This document shows, one piece after another, positions 1 to 11,770 of a stretch of 64,000 nucleotides of DNA. Location of the stretch: positions 34,410,001-34,474,000 of the forward strand of contig CM060734.1 of the NCBI GenBank assembly GCA_030704615.1, written 5' to 3'. How positions within the stretch are numbered: position 1 is the first letter of the stretch; every line of letters starts with the position of its first letter. Position numbers and translations under genes: made by a program. The DNA is from Takakia lepidozioides (lineage: Eukaryota; Plantae; Bryophyta). The notes beneath the pieces are model-generated. The model ran no database searches. It was not told where the DNA came from and worked only from the letters and a program-made list of their open reading frames with translations.

Positions 1-1916
1 TCACACCAACTATCAAACTCCTGTATGAAATCATCAAGCTCGATGGTGCCCACAGCTCCAGAGTACCGACGTGGCCCTATGGTAGCTCCCACAACAATGG
101 CACGGAAATGGCTTGCACCCTCGGCGAGAATCCTCATAACTCTGAGTCTGAACCTTCCTCAGAAGACACTGAAGGTGAAGCTGGCCTAAATTGCACACCT
201 CGTCTTGTATACCCACTAGTATCGCTGGTGCTTGTACCGGCACTCTCCTTAGCAACTGGTGGCACCTCCATGATGAAAACTCACAACCACACCTGTTGTA
301 AACCTGTCTGCCTTTAAGTGAAGGAGCCTTCTCATTGGGACCCTTACAAGGCGAGACATTAATGGTCATGAGTGACGACACAATTCTTTGAGGAGCTGCC
401 AGGGAAGAAAGGAGGAGTGAAGGAGCTTTCTCATTGCACGTGGAAGGTAGCGAAGCCCAAGTACAATGTCGTTTCGTATGAATGAGAAGGGACAGTACTA
501 TACTTCAGCACTACATTCGCTATGCTTGAATATCTTACGGGGACAGATGCAACATGTATTTGGGCTCACGTTTTAATGACCTGCTGGAAGCTGAATATGA
601 CATGCATAGTTGTATAGTTTCTGACTTCTCTATTGCTTCTTGTAGTCAAGGAAAAGAAGGTTAAGAATGTTAAATGTCGAATGCAAGTAGCCAATGTGGA
701 ATGAGCCTGTTGAAAAATGATGATTCGACACACAATTGTTGTTTGAGCAACAAATTGTCAAATGAACAATAGTACTATCCATTGGACATTCCTTATCCCA
801 TCCATATCCCATCACGTTCAAACGACAGTTTGTCAATTAGGCTTGTCAAATAAACCCCCTTTTTGTTGTGGTGAGTAATCATTTGACAGACCAAAGCTAC
901 TGCAGCGGAAGAAAAATAAATGACGACCAATGAACAATTTATTTTGGGAGGGGCAAAAGCATATATATATATAGACGGCTACCGAAGGAAGCGTAATTTA
1001 TGGTGTCTCTTCACCGCAAGGGCTACTACCTTCCAGCTCAAAAGCATATATACAAACTTACAAAGTGACAAAACCATGAAAATGATGATGGGAAATACAA
1101 TTTCTAAGGTACATTTGAAATACGTCCTTATTGTTTTTTTGCAGCAAGAGACCTACATCTAGCACTAATCAGCATTTCACATCAATTTGTCTTATACTTC
1201 CTACAATTGTGGTGTTCCGGGTTCTGTATATGACGGCATCTGAAAGAAATTGTTCGCATACTGTCTAAGTCTTAATCAAGATCCATATACCATTTCAACA
1301 TGATATCATTTATTTTCTAAAGAGAAATTATTCAACTTCAAACACAAATGATTGTTGAATGTACCTTCGGAATAAATGACATTTGAAGGAGTTGGATTGC
1401 AACCTAAAAGTTGACATTGAAGTTTGAGATTGTTTGTTCAATTTAGATATGATAGAGCTTTATTGCATTATGCCTAATGCACTATGACATAAATCAGCTA
1501 TCAAGGCTTATTTTTTAATACTATGGCTTATCAAGAGATTGCCCTATTGAAGACATTAACATATATATATCCAAAAGGAGGATGAGAAGATTTAGACATA
1601 GGATTAGAAGGGGAAATTTTGTTTGAGATGACTTGATTGATTATCTAGATCAAGTAGATATTAGATTTTATTATACATAGCCACGTATCCACCTCCAAAA
1701 ATGGGGTGAGAAATACACGATTGGGAACTAGACTTAATAAATGTGTCCCCTTGAGAGAGTATTAAACACTTTACACAATGTATAAGGTTTTGTACTTCAT
1801 CCCTTCATTCTACCTTGGGGCTACTAGATGTTAAAAGGCTCATTTCTTACTTCCATTTGTTCTCTAGGACAATGAGATTTTGTACTTTTTATTCTAATAC
1901 TAAGCTTGCTTTACAG

Positions 1917-2120
1917 GTCATCCATAATTTGCATGTGGATGCCTTGAGTGTCGTAGCCGAAATAATTGAGAAGTGGGGCAATGTGAGTAGACCTTTCATC
2001 GCTGCTCTTACATCAAATATCGATACAAGGACACATGAGCGTTGCTTTGAGATTGGCACGGATGACGTCCTCATGAAGCCTATTTTTCTTTGAGCCATTT
2101 GAAAGCTAAATTGAACAAGC
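1917..2120 (+). pseudogene. Orphan exon encoding the C-terminal part of an ethylene-receptor (ETR-type) receiver domain, frameshifted
   Basis: After the acceptor ttacag (1911-1916) it reads VIHNLHVDALSVVAEIIEKWGNVSRPFIAALTSNIDTRTHERCFEIGTDDVLMKPI, then shifts frame in a T-run to SLSHLKAKLNK. This resembles the ETR1 receiver end ([34 protein letters not shown]). No upstream receptor exons were recognised in 1-1900. Confidence 0.55.
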
Positions 2121-2229
2121 CACAAACAGCCAGAGGCTCTGTCCATAGAAGAAACAATTTTGACAAGCTGCCACGTGGTTTATACTTGAGAGTTTTTTTT
2201 GGCCAATCATACTCTTGACAGAGTGTAAG

Positions 2230-2790
2230 GTCCGTTGACCACATTTTCTCCATTGGCTTCAACATGATGCAAAATCTCTGCCCTGAAGGGACAGAGCCAA
2301 TAAAATGCTACACCATGGCGCACCTCGGCGTGCTGGCAATCGATAACTCTTACAATGTTGTCAGGCCTAGTGACGTTCTCTAGAGCGCTGCTTCTTTTCT
2401 TGGTAACAAAGACCTTCAAATTGTTCCTTTTTAGCCGAGGACATGCAATGGTAGCCCAATGGTTGGGATAGATACCATACCCAGACGGGAGAAGCATGAT
2501 CGTTTTATCAACATTGATATCACAGTCATCCACCAAAACATAGACTTTACAAATGTGGATGTAGTTGCACTTCCAGCCACATTGCAATTCGAAAATGGCA
2601 CTATAGTGAAGAGAGGAGGAGTGAATAGAGAGAGAAGTGCAAATGCTTGGAATTCTTCCCTTGATTCCATTGCTTTTAAACTGTGGTATATCTAGGGCTT
2701 TCATGTTAGTGCATTACGTAGCGGTTGTCAACTGCGTATCAACATCAATTGAAGGAGGAGGTGTGGATGCATCATGTGACAAGATTATTT
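2230..2790 (+). pseudogene. Degraded coding remnant, possibly ubiquitin-specific protease (peptidase C19)-like C-terminus
   Basis: About 150 codons in one frame are broken only by two TAG stops (possible CAG>TAG). Frameshifted pieces follow (TVVYLGLS / HYVAVV / EVWM / CDKII) in the order of a USP His box. The match is weak and needs frameshifts. Confidence 0.22.
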
Positions 2791-3940
2791 GACTGATTCT
2801 TGGTCTTTGAGTGGTAACAAGGATTACAATGCATGTTAGTCCCCAAGATTGCTGGAGAAGGCTACATGGAACTTCAGTTTTTTGGCAAATTGTCTAATTG
2901 GTTTTGCATTGGTCATACACTTTCTGGATTTTACTACAGCAGCCTTTCTCTTGAAAAGATCTTTGCAGATTTTTGAACACTAACACAATTTCATTGCATG
3001 TTAGGTCCACAAGAACATTGATGTTGGAGATGGCTTCCTCGAACCTCTGGATTTTTATGGTTGTGGAGCAATGCTACTCCATCTTGTTGCACACTGCACT
3101 ACTATTCCATTTCAAATATTCTCTCTTCTGAACCATCCATATAAGAGCAAGACTTGGAGAGTCAAATCTTAGAATCCTTTAAACATGGAGCAATTGCAAT
3201 CATTGCAATTGCCTGAACCCACCAAAAAATCTGATCTATGCGGCTTCATCTGCGACATTAGTGATTGTCTTCACTGTGTTTTTTTTCGCCCCATAGTTTG
3301 TTATTTGTTTTTCAACTTGTTTACGGCCACATCATTTATGTTGTGTGCTTTTTATCTGAGGGGAGAGGAACCTGAAGTAGAAAACACTTTTGTGTAGTGA
3401 GGGCTATAATCTTATGGAAGGTGGGACTAAGTGGTCTTCTTCAAGTTTCACAGCATTGAGTGAGCCCCACCATCTACAGCAGAATCCTGCAAACACAGTT
3501 AGCCAACTGGGCCAGAAAATACTAGCCTGTAACAGCTGATGATATGAGAATGCAATGGGAATCCGACCGAATTTCCCATACAAGCTTGTCAACAAAACTC
3601 AGGTATTCAAGCAAGTACCTCCAATTTCAGAACAGGACCATAACTAAATTGCAAGCCAAATATTTGATATGCCAGATTGTAATAGACAGCCCTACATATC
3701 AGATAATAATGAAGTCTGCGGATGACCCCAGGCAAATATGAACAAAAACATTCCCAGCCCTCAATTTTGATCATGCCATCTACAAGTGCTAGGAAGAAGA
3801 CGGCAAATAGTACTTTTGTGCTACTGAATTTCCAGGCAAGAAGCAAGGTTGGTCTTTCGGCCACATAGCTGCAAGCTATTGAGATAAAACTAAAATACAC
3901 CACTCATCTATCCTCACTTCTGCTCGGATCAAACTCATCC

Positions 3941-6900
3941 TCAGAAGAGATTGATACCCCAAAATTTCTCAGGGTTGTTGGTGCGCAAGCTTTTGTCAAG
4001 GGACTTGATGGTCTTGACATCATCATCTGTCAACTCAAAGTCAAAGACATCAAGGTTCTGCTTCAATCTCTCCATCTTGTCTGACTTAGGAACGACAACT
4101 GTCTTGCGCTCAATGCCCCAGCGCAGCGCAATTTGTGCCGGTGTCTTGTTGTACTTTCTTGCCAATCCCTGTAGTGTGTTTGTAGTGTGTGTGTGAGAGA
4201 GAGGGAAGCGAGAGATCACTCCTTACATAGACTAGTGAACGGAATCACAACTGAAGTCAATAATTCACTTAGGGAGCACTTAGGGAAGATGCAGACCTGA
4301 AGAACAGGGTCATCAAGACACGAAATGGTGCCAAACAATTCAGTGTTAGCAACCCCACCACCCAATGGGGTGTGGGCAGTGACAGCTATCCCATGCTTCT
4401 GGCAAAAATTCACCAATGATTCACGCTGGAAGTAAGGATGGGTCTCGATTTGGTTGACAGCTGGCTTAATCTTTGAATATGCAAGGCAGTCCCGGGTCAA
4501 AAAGATGTCGTAGTTACTGCCAAACACATGCCAATTAGAAAGGAGAGAGCCCATCCTTGCTCGCACAGGGTCCAAGAAAGATGATGCTGGCTTGCTGGTC
4601 TACAATTTCTTTCAAACAATACATATAAGAGAAAGGTGTAGAAAACTGCAGAGATGAGGATAAAGTAGTACAAGAAGGAAAACCAGACCGGGAGAAAAGA
4701 TTATACTCATAAGACATTGTTTGCCGTAGCCTTGTGGCCATTGACCCCGCGCCCAGTTTGAGCGGGAACAAAAGGGACAGAACCTACCTCTGTCAGGGGC
4801 TGACGTTGGTAGTAAGACTTACCTTCATATATAGAATTAATCCGGGTTTTCCAGATATCCTCTAGAAATCCCTTCACACAAGCATCAATCTGCTGTGTGT
4901 GATTTGCCCAAAAACTAGGCCTCAGGAGGGCCTGGGCTTTTGGCTCAGCCTCGAGACTTTCAAAGTTGGTAAACAGGGGTACAGGCACAATTCCCTTGAT
5001 AGATTTGAAGAGAGCGTCTCTTTGGTGAGAGAACCCCGGACAGTGTATCAGAAAATGAATACTGTCTTCAGATTGCCCACACAACGGGCAATTGCACTCT
5101 CCCTTTCCTCTCTGCTTCTGTTTGCTGTTCAAAGGTAGGCTTCCTGCCCTGAGTTTAATTTTCAGTCTAGTGCCGAGAGTGGGTAGACCCTTTAGGTCAT
5201 CCAAGATGTCCTCCCCCATGTCACTGACTGGAAACAAGTTCAGGGAAGTTTTCTGCCCAACTTCATTTTCATCAGACAATCTCATGGCAACAGACATGGC
5301 TTTGGACACTACAGCCTCTAAGTCAGATTTATCCAGCAGGGTCAAGACTTGCGGATCCAGGTCCAGGTCCTTGAGAATCTCTTCTACTCTCTTCTGCCAG
5401 GACTTAGCCTGTTTGACAGGGCGGTCCTGTTTCCAAGATATAGAGTCGATTAACTTAGGATATCTGGTGTTGGTCATATGTTGCACCATCTGACCTTGAA
5501 TTCATCTCGTCGGGAGCTTAAGGACGGAATGCCAAACTCACCCCGAACAGCCACATTGGCTGTTTTGGAGCATGCTGACATACACTCCTTAAGCACCCCC
5601 ACTTGAATGGATTCTAGAGACTTAGCCTGGTTGGAGTTATCAACCCATATTGCAGATCCGTACTCCAAGGCAGGTCTAATAACGCGACAAAGCATGGTTT
5701 TCTTAACCTCAGAGTTGACCCCTCTGCAGTGGAAAAATTTAGTGAGCCCCAGAGCTTTGCCCTTGCCAGTTTGAACAACTTTCCGGATATGTGCATCCCA
5801 ATTACAATTGGAGGAAAACTCAATGCCCAGGTAAGTGTAGGAAGGGAGGACCGGGATCTCTTGGCTACCCCACTGCCACTTAAGAGCACTTCCTCCCTCT
5901 CCTCTGTCGTTGAATGCTACCACTGCACATTTGCTGACATTAGCCTCTAGCCCCCAAAGATCAAAGTATCTCTTCGCGCAATCAATCAACTCCTGGAGAT
6001 TGGTTGGAGTCTCCCCTATGCCTGCGAAGTCATCTGCAAACATAAGAGCTGGTATGGTGGTATCACCCACCCTTAACCCAAATCCCTCACTTTCCACATC
6101 CTCGAGGAGTTGATTGATGAAAACATTGTACTCATAAGACGTTGTTTGCCGTAGCCTTGTGGCCATTGACCCCGCGCTCAGTTTGAGCGGGAACAAAAGG
6201 GACAGAACCTACCTCTGTCAGGGGCTGACATTGGTAGTAAGACTTAACCTCCATATAAAGAATTAATCCGGGTTTTCCAGATATCCTCTAGAAATCCCTT
6301 CACACAAGCATCAATCTGCTGTGTGTGATTTGCCCAAAAACTAGGCCTCAGGAGGGCCTGGGCTTTTGGCTCAGCCTCGAGACATTGAAGAGCAGAGGGG
6401 AGAGAGTACATCCTTGAGCTACACCTTGGTCTATGTCAAAGAAGTTGGACTTCTGTCTGTTAACAGTGACACAGCTTTTGGTGTGAGCATACAAGTTGTG
6501 GACAACTCTCCACATCTTTCCCTTGATCCCACAAGACCAGAGGCGGAACCATAGGCCATCTCTCCACACTCCAGACCGGGAGAAAAGAGAGGAAGTGCAA
6601 GGATTCCCCTAGGCTCAGTCCCAAACATTACATCCAGAATGCTCTCAAAGCAAGACAAGCTAAATATAATAGAAAAAACAGAAAAAGATATAAACAGAAG
6701 AAATGTAATAGGACGCATTGATAACAGACCTGATGCCAATGCTATGGACTAGGCGAGCCGAGACAAGTTCCTCCATGGCATGCCATGTGGTTTCCAGAGA
6801 AGTAGTAACGTCAATGTCAAGTACCCCTTTGGCATCCATTGCACTGCTTGTTGTGCCAACCCCTGTTACCAGCCAGAATGAGAATTTCAAGACATCAGAC

Positions 6901-8166
6901 GAGGAACCAAGTGAAGATCAAGTGGCTTCAATTACAACATTCTGAAGGGTGCCCAACCAACTTTTAAAGGTTAGAGGTAGCCAGAACAGGTAAGGAGTCA
7001 ACCTGTGTGCCGGGTTGCAATAGGAAAATGAACCAAGTAGAGGTCCAAATAGTCCAACTGCAGATTCTTCAAGCTGTCCTCACATGCCTCCCGCACATGC
7101 CCATGGTCTGAGTTCCAGAGCTGCCACCCTCCCCAATGCCATACCAATTCAAACATTTGTCTCTGATTTGCTTCCAGCACAGTTGGAACCACTGGCAACA
7201 TCTTTACTAGGCGGGAGGCCAAAAGTGGCTGTTACATGCTGCAGCTAGGCATACAAATGGAAGTCTCAAAAATTTCAACATGCTTACAGCTAGGACATGG
7301 ATGCAAACATCGGGTACCTTGGTAGTGATGAAAAGGTCTTGGCGCCTGACAAGGCCTTGTGCAATGCCATCTGCTAGGGCTGCCCCAACCTCCTTCTCGT
7401 TCTTGTAGTCAGCTGCAGCAGCCTATGCCCATACATCAGTATCTCACCAATCCAACTCAAGGATTGTCCTCCGCTTGCAACGGCTTTGTGGCGGTATAGA
7501 CTGGGTGTGAACCGAGCGAACAACTGTACACTTAGGTATCGGGCGCTGACCACACTGGGATCACCAAAATAAATCCTGGCAAGGATTTGATCCTGAAAGG
7601 TTTGCTGAAAGACAAATTTCATTTGGACAAAAAGTTGAAAACACCGTGCGTAGGTTCACAATCTTCTAACCATGCAGAGTGTTGGAGAAACGGTGGTAAA
7701 TGAGAAACCTCAAACTGAATCAATTTTAGAATGTTCATTACGATGAAGACTTAACAAGGGAATCAAAGCTCCACTGAGACCATGTCATGTCTTAGAATGG
7801 ACAATGGCATGCGGTGGATAGACAGAGGGAGGCCGCGAAGATGTTGAAATCCAGCCCCAAGGATGAGCTCGTCTGCTAGCTACAAGGCTGCGAACACATG
7901 CTTGTGCGGTGTGGCTTTCATACAGAAAAGCACATTCCAATGTCGCTGTTAATCTTTACCCACCAATGCAGCAGCAACTGAACACACAACTGTCACAGTG
8001 AATTTTCCAAGCCAAAGAAGGTACCAGCGGCATCGAAGTGACGATAACCAAGGCGCAATGCCTCCAGGATGACCTGGTGCAGCACTCCCGGGTCTGCCCG
8101 CCACATCCCCAACCCCACCACCGGCATCTTGTGCCCATTTCTAAGCTCTATCACCCTGTCCACCAT
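3941..8166 (-). CDS. Aldo-keto reductase, AKR2 family (NADP-dependent sorbitol-6-phosphate dehydrogenase / mannose-6-phosphate reductase-like), 311 aa
   Basis: Six GT-AG exons: 8166-8025, 7412-7318, 7120-7003, 6862-6730, 4516-4297, 4168-3941, totalling 936 nt with consistent phases. Motifs: [69 protein letters not shown]. Confidence 0.93.
4701..6570 (-). mobile_element. 5'-truncated non-LTR retrotransposon (RTEX/CR1-like LINE) in AKR intron 4, 18-bp TSD
   Basis: RT motifs [44 protein letters not shown]; C-terminal KLRAGSLPL...[17 protein letters not shown] knuckle. Direct repeat CCAGACCGGGAGAAAAGA at 4683-4700 and 6571-6588. One frameshift near 5480. Confidence 0.9.
6129..6381 (-). mobile_element. 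3'-terminal 253-bp copy of the same LINE nested inside its own RT region
   Basis: Near-identical to 4701-4955. It splits LFNV|FINQ and is flanked by ACATTG at 6123-6128 and 6382-6387. Confidence 0.88.
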
Positions 8167-8317
8167 CGCTCCCCTCTCTCTACCTCCACAGATTATCTTT
8201 CTCGCACACCGTCTTTTTGCCACCAATTTCTCAGGGACTCCACGCCCTCCTCCTCTCTCTCTCTCTCTCACCCTTCGCCTCTCCTTCCCTCCTACCCACC
8301 ATCCCAATTGCCTACTC

Positions 8318-8360
8318 ACCACGTGGGCTACATGCACTACCTTCATATATATATAAAAGG
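8318..8360. promoter_or_regulatory. G-box/ABRE (CACGTGG) and TATA-like tract in the divergent AKR/LDL3 intergenic region
   Basis: CACGTG at 8320-8325 and TATATATATAAAAG at about 8346-8359, between head-to-head start codons at 8166 (-) and 9418 (+). Confidence 0.35.
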
Positions 8361-9417
8361 GGAGTCTGGGGATAGGCCTCAAAAGATTTATTGAAAGGAT
8401 TTGAAAAGCAAGGATGTATCACATCGGCTGGTAGCTTAGCTTGTAAGTGCACAGTGTGTCGCCGTGGCGGTTCCGGGCTCAAAATCCGCTGTCTGGTTCC
8501 GTGACGGTATGTCCGGACGTTGATCGTCCTGTAGGCCCTATGGCTCATGGGGGATTTGATGTGCAGGAATGAGGTCATTCATCCTGTCTGAACGAGAATG
8601 TCATATGTGAATCGCAAATATATCGCGCAGTCTGCGGCGAAGCTGATGCTGGGTTCAAATCTGGGAAGTGCAGTTGTGTGGGCTTTGGTTGTCGTTGAAA
8701 TATCATTTGTTTGTAGCATAGAAAGTAATCGTTTTGTGTCCGCTGAAATCCACGGCCATACATGGGAGAGCATAGATGGGCATGGATAGGCATGCATGCA
8801 TGCAGTGATGGTGACTGTCCACATTCAAGCCGCTGCTCGCCAGATCCAGCACCGTGACACAATTTGCTGTCTCTTTTCGTATTCCAATTTTTCCAACGGC
8901 ATTCTTCGAATCTGATTCATCGGAGGTGTGTGGTGGTTGCAAGCCAGACATGGTGTCCGGTTTGTCTGTGCCGAGTCTATGGACGAGACTGGGTATATTT
9001 TGGCTGGGATTAAGATTGGCAGGATAAAAGCCCTAATATTTTTTTTGTAGTGCTGCACTTGCATGTGTCTATCAAGGCCGCTGGATACCTTGTCATTTCC
9101 TGTCTCTCTCGCTCGACAGCACCTACATGCAAGTTCACATTTCTCTGCTGCGATGGTCGGTGTTCCTGCTGATGGAGGTATAGAAGCTTGGAGCTGTGGA
9201 AGTGATGGAAAGTGGACAGCTTGAGCCAGATATAATTATGCAGGGGAGGCACACAGATTTTGTCGGGCTGGCACACAGAGTTAGGAGGATCTGTGTCAGG
9301 CTATGACAGGAGTGTCACCAGCATGAGGAGTAAAGCAGGCACGCATATGGTGACCAGCCATATCTTATGGCAGGTGCAGACAGGTATGGCGCTCGAATTT
9401 GATGAGCTATAGACCTG

Positions 9418-11738
9418 ATGGAGGAACAAGACATGGGGAGACCACCGGACAGGCAGGTGGAGATGGCGCCTGAAAATTGTGAGCCTCGCATTGCGGTTGT
9501 AGAGGATTCGAATTTGTCGGATTCTTACATTCAGGGGTTCCGCCATAGCGGTGTTGGTGAAGATGCCAGTACTGTCATTAGTACCAGGCTGCGCAATGGA
9601 GCTGTTTTCTCTTGTGATGTCACAGTCCAAACAGCATCAGTAAAACTGGACTCTTTGGATAGTTCCGGGATTGTGGACGGAAGAGAGAAGGTGAATGATG
9701 GATGGGAGTTAGCTTCCGTCCAACCCAAAGAATTTGTTGAAATGGACTCAAGGGATGAACAATCACCAGCGAGGGTGGGCCTTGGAGACGAAGGGGTTAA
9801 CAATTGTAGCGTGGAATATGATAGAAAATTGCTTCTTACTCCCTCCAGCAGTACCGAGGTGAATGGCCGAATTCTGGAAGATTCCGATCTGGTTTTGGTA
9901 GATTCTGGGAACCTTGAGGACCAGATGTGCGAGCCTGTGACCGGAGACAACAGTTTGTCCATATCATCAGCTGAAAAGTCCGACACAGGTGAGCTAGCAG
10001 CGGTGGCCAAACTGTCGGAATGTGTTCTCCTGAAGGTTGAAGCAAGGGAAGACTCGTTTCTTCCCAGTAGTTCTTTAAGAAATGAAGTTCAGGGTTTTCA
10101 TCCATTGAGATTGCGGCCTAGTTGCTTGAACTCAGAGCCTGATGATGGTGTTGATGGAAAACCGCACCCAAATGGAGAGGGTAGTAGAGCATTGGGGGAA
10201 GGAGGGGCCATGGTTGAGGGAGCTATGGCAGCTTCATCGAGAAAATATCCAAGCAATGGGATTGTCAAGAAGGGAAGACTTTCAGAAGGCCGCCGAGCCT
10301 CTCGACAACCAAAGAAGCGCAGGTATTTCTGTCTGTCTAAAGACGAATTTTGTGGTTCATGGACCCAGATATTATAAGTACAGTTCAAAATATTGGGATG
10401 TTTGAATAAAGTGACGTACATGGCCTTACTACCATCACAAGACTTCCAAGCAGTGCAAGGAGGGAAGAGATGGGTCTAAGTCTACTTGCTAGGCTTCACA
10501 CACTGGGACCCTCCAGTTGGGTGATGCTGCCTGGTCCAGGCTCTTTATGCTTGTCAAGCTGCAACAATCCTAGGCCAAGATTGTTGTGGCATGCATACTG
10601 TCTGAGTGAGCATACTTTCTGCCTGCTAGCAATCTACTGTGATGGGACATTGAAACTGGGAATGCATATCTTTGGGGTTCGTGTTTTTGTGGCAACCAGG
10701 ATTTCTCTAGGTTGATCCAATGACTCCTTAGTCTTATGTGGTGGGGGTCGTAAGTCTTAACTCTCAAATCAAGACCTTCTACCTGCTCATAATAGGTTCA
10801 CAAAGTAAACTCTTGTTGTAAACTTGCTCAGGTAGCCTTCCCCCCCGTTGCACATCTGCAGGGTGGCGCTCTGATCACCTCATATATTGAGCAACTTATT
10901 AACCTGATTGCTAGGAGTTTGCTCACAGTCCGTGGTGACGTTGGCTACCAAAGTAGGGCCTCTTGTGGGTTTCAGTGAGGAAATGTGTAGTTTGGGATGT
11001 TGTCTTACTTATGATTAGGCTATGTTTGCTACTGGGCACTATTTTGTGCCAAGTATTTGAGAAAGGTCTAGATGCATTCTAGTGAGCATCTATTCCACAG
11101 AAAGCATGTCACAAGAGTTTGGCTTACATCATAATATCAAAATTTTACAAGGATCTGGTAATGTATGTGTGAGAAACATGTCTATCTGTCTGTCCTGTTT
11201 ATGTGAAATGATGGAAGCCCAGACATTGCTTCCTCAGAAGAAAATATGCAATTGGTTTGCAGTGTGCTACTTGAGGTCAAGACTCTTCCAGACAGTGGCA
11301 ACAGTTGAACATTACTCTGCAGCCTTCTTTCCATATTGCGGCTACAACCTTTCAGCGAGATAAAGTAAAGGGCCAGTACAATTCAAGTGGACATTTGCTT
11401 TCTCATCTCTGGTTGATAATTTGTGTATCGTTTGATTCATGAATATGTGGCTGCAGGCACGATGATATGGCTTACGAGGGTGACATGGAGTGGGATGTGA
11501 TTATGGGCGTGGTGGAGCCCCCACCTGACTGGAACTGGCACCCTGAGAAAGATCGATTAAGTAGAGGAAGAGCTAAGGCTGGCTTGATGGTATCATCCCC
11601 TGGCCAGCCCTTACTGGGTGAGGCTGCGGCAGTTGCTGTGGGGTTGCGAGCACGGGCCCCTAGTCCGGCCGAAAGAATCCGTTTCAAAGATGCCCTGAGG
11701 CGGCGGGGAGGTCTTCAGGAGTATTTGGAGTGCAGGTT

Positions 11739-11770
<32 letters not shown>

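Noticed and set aside
1-900. Short ORFs 34-381, 108-317 and 630-836
   Set aside because: No recognisable motif or splice structure.
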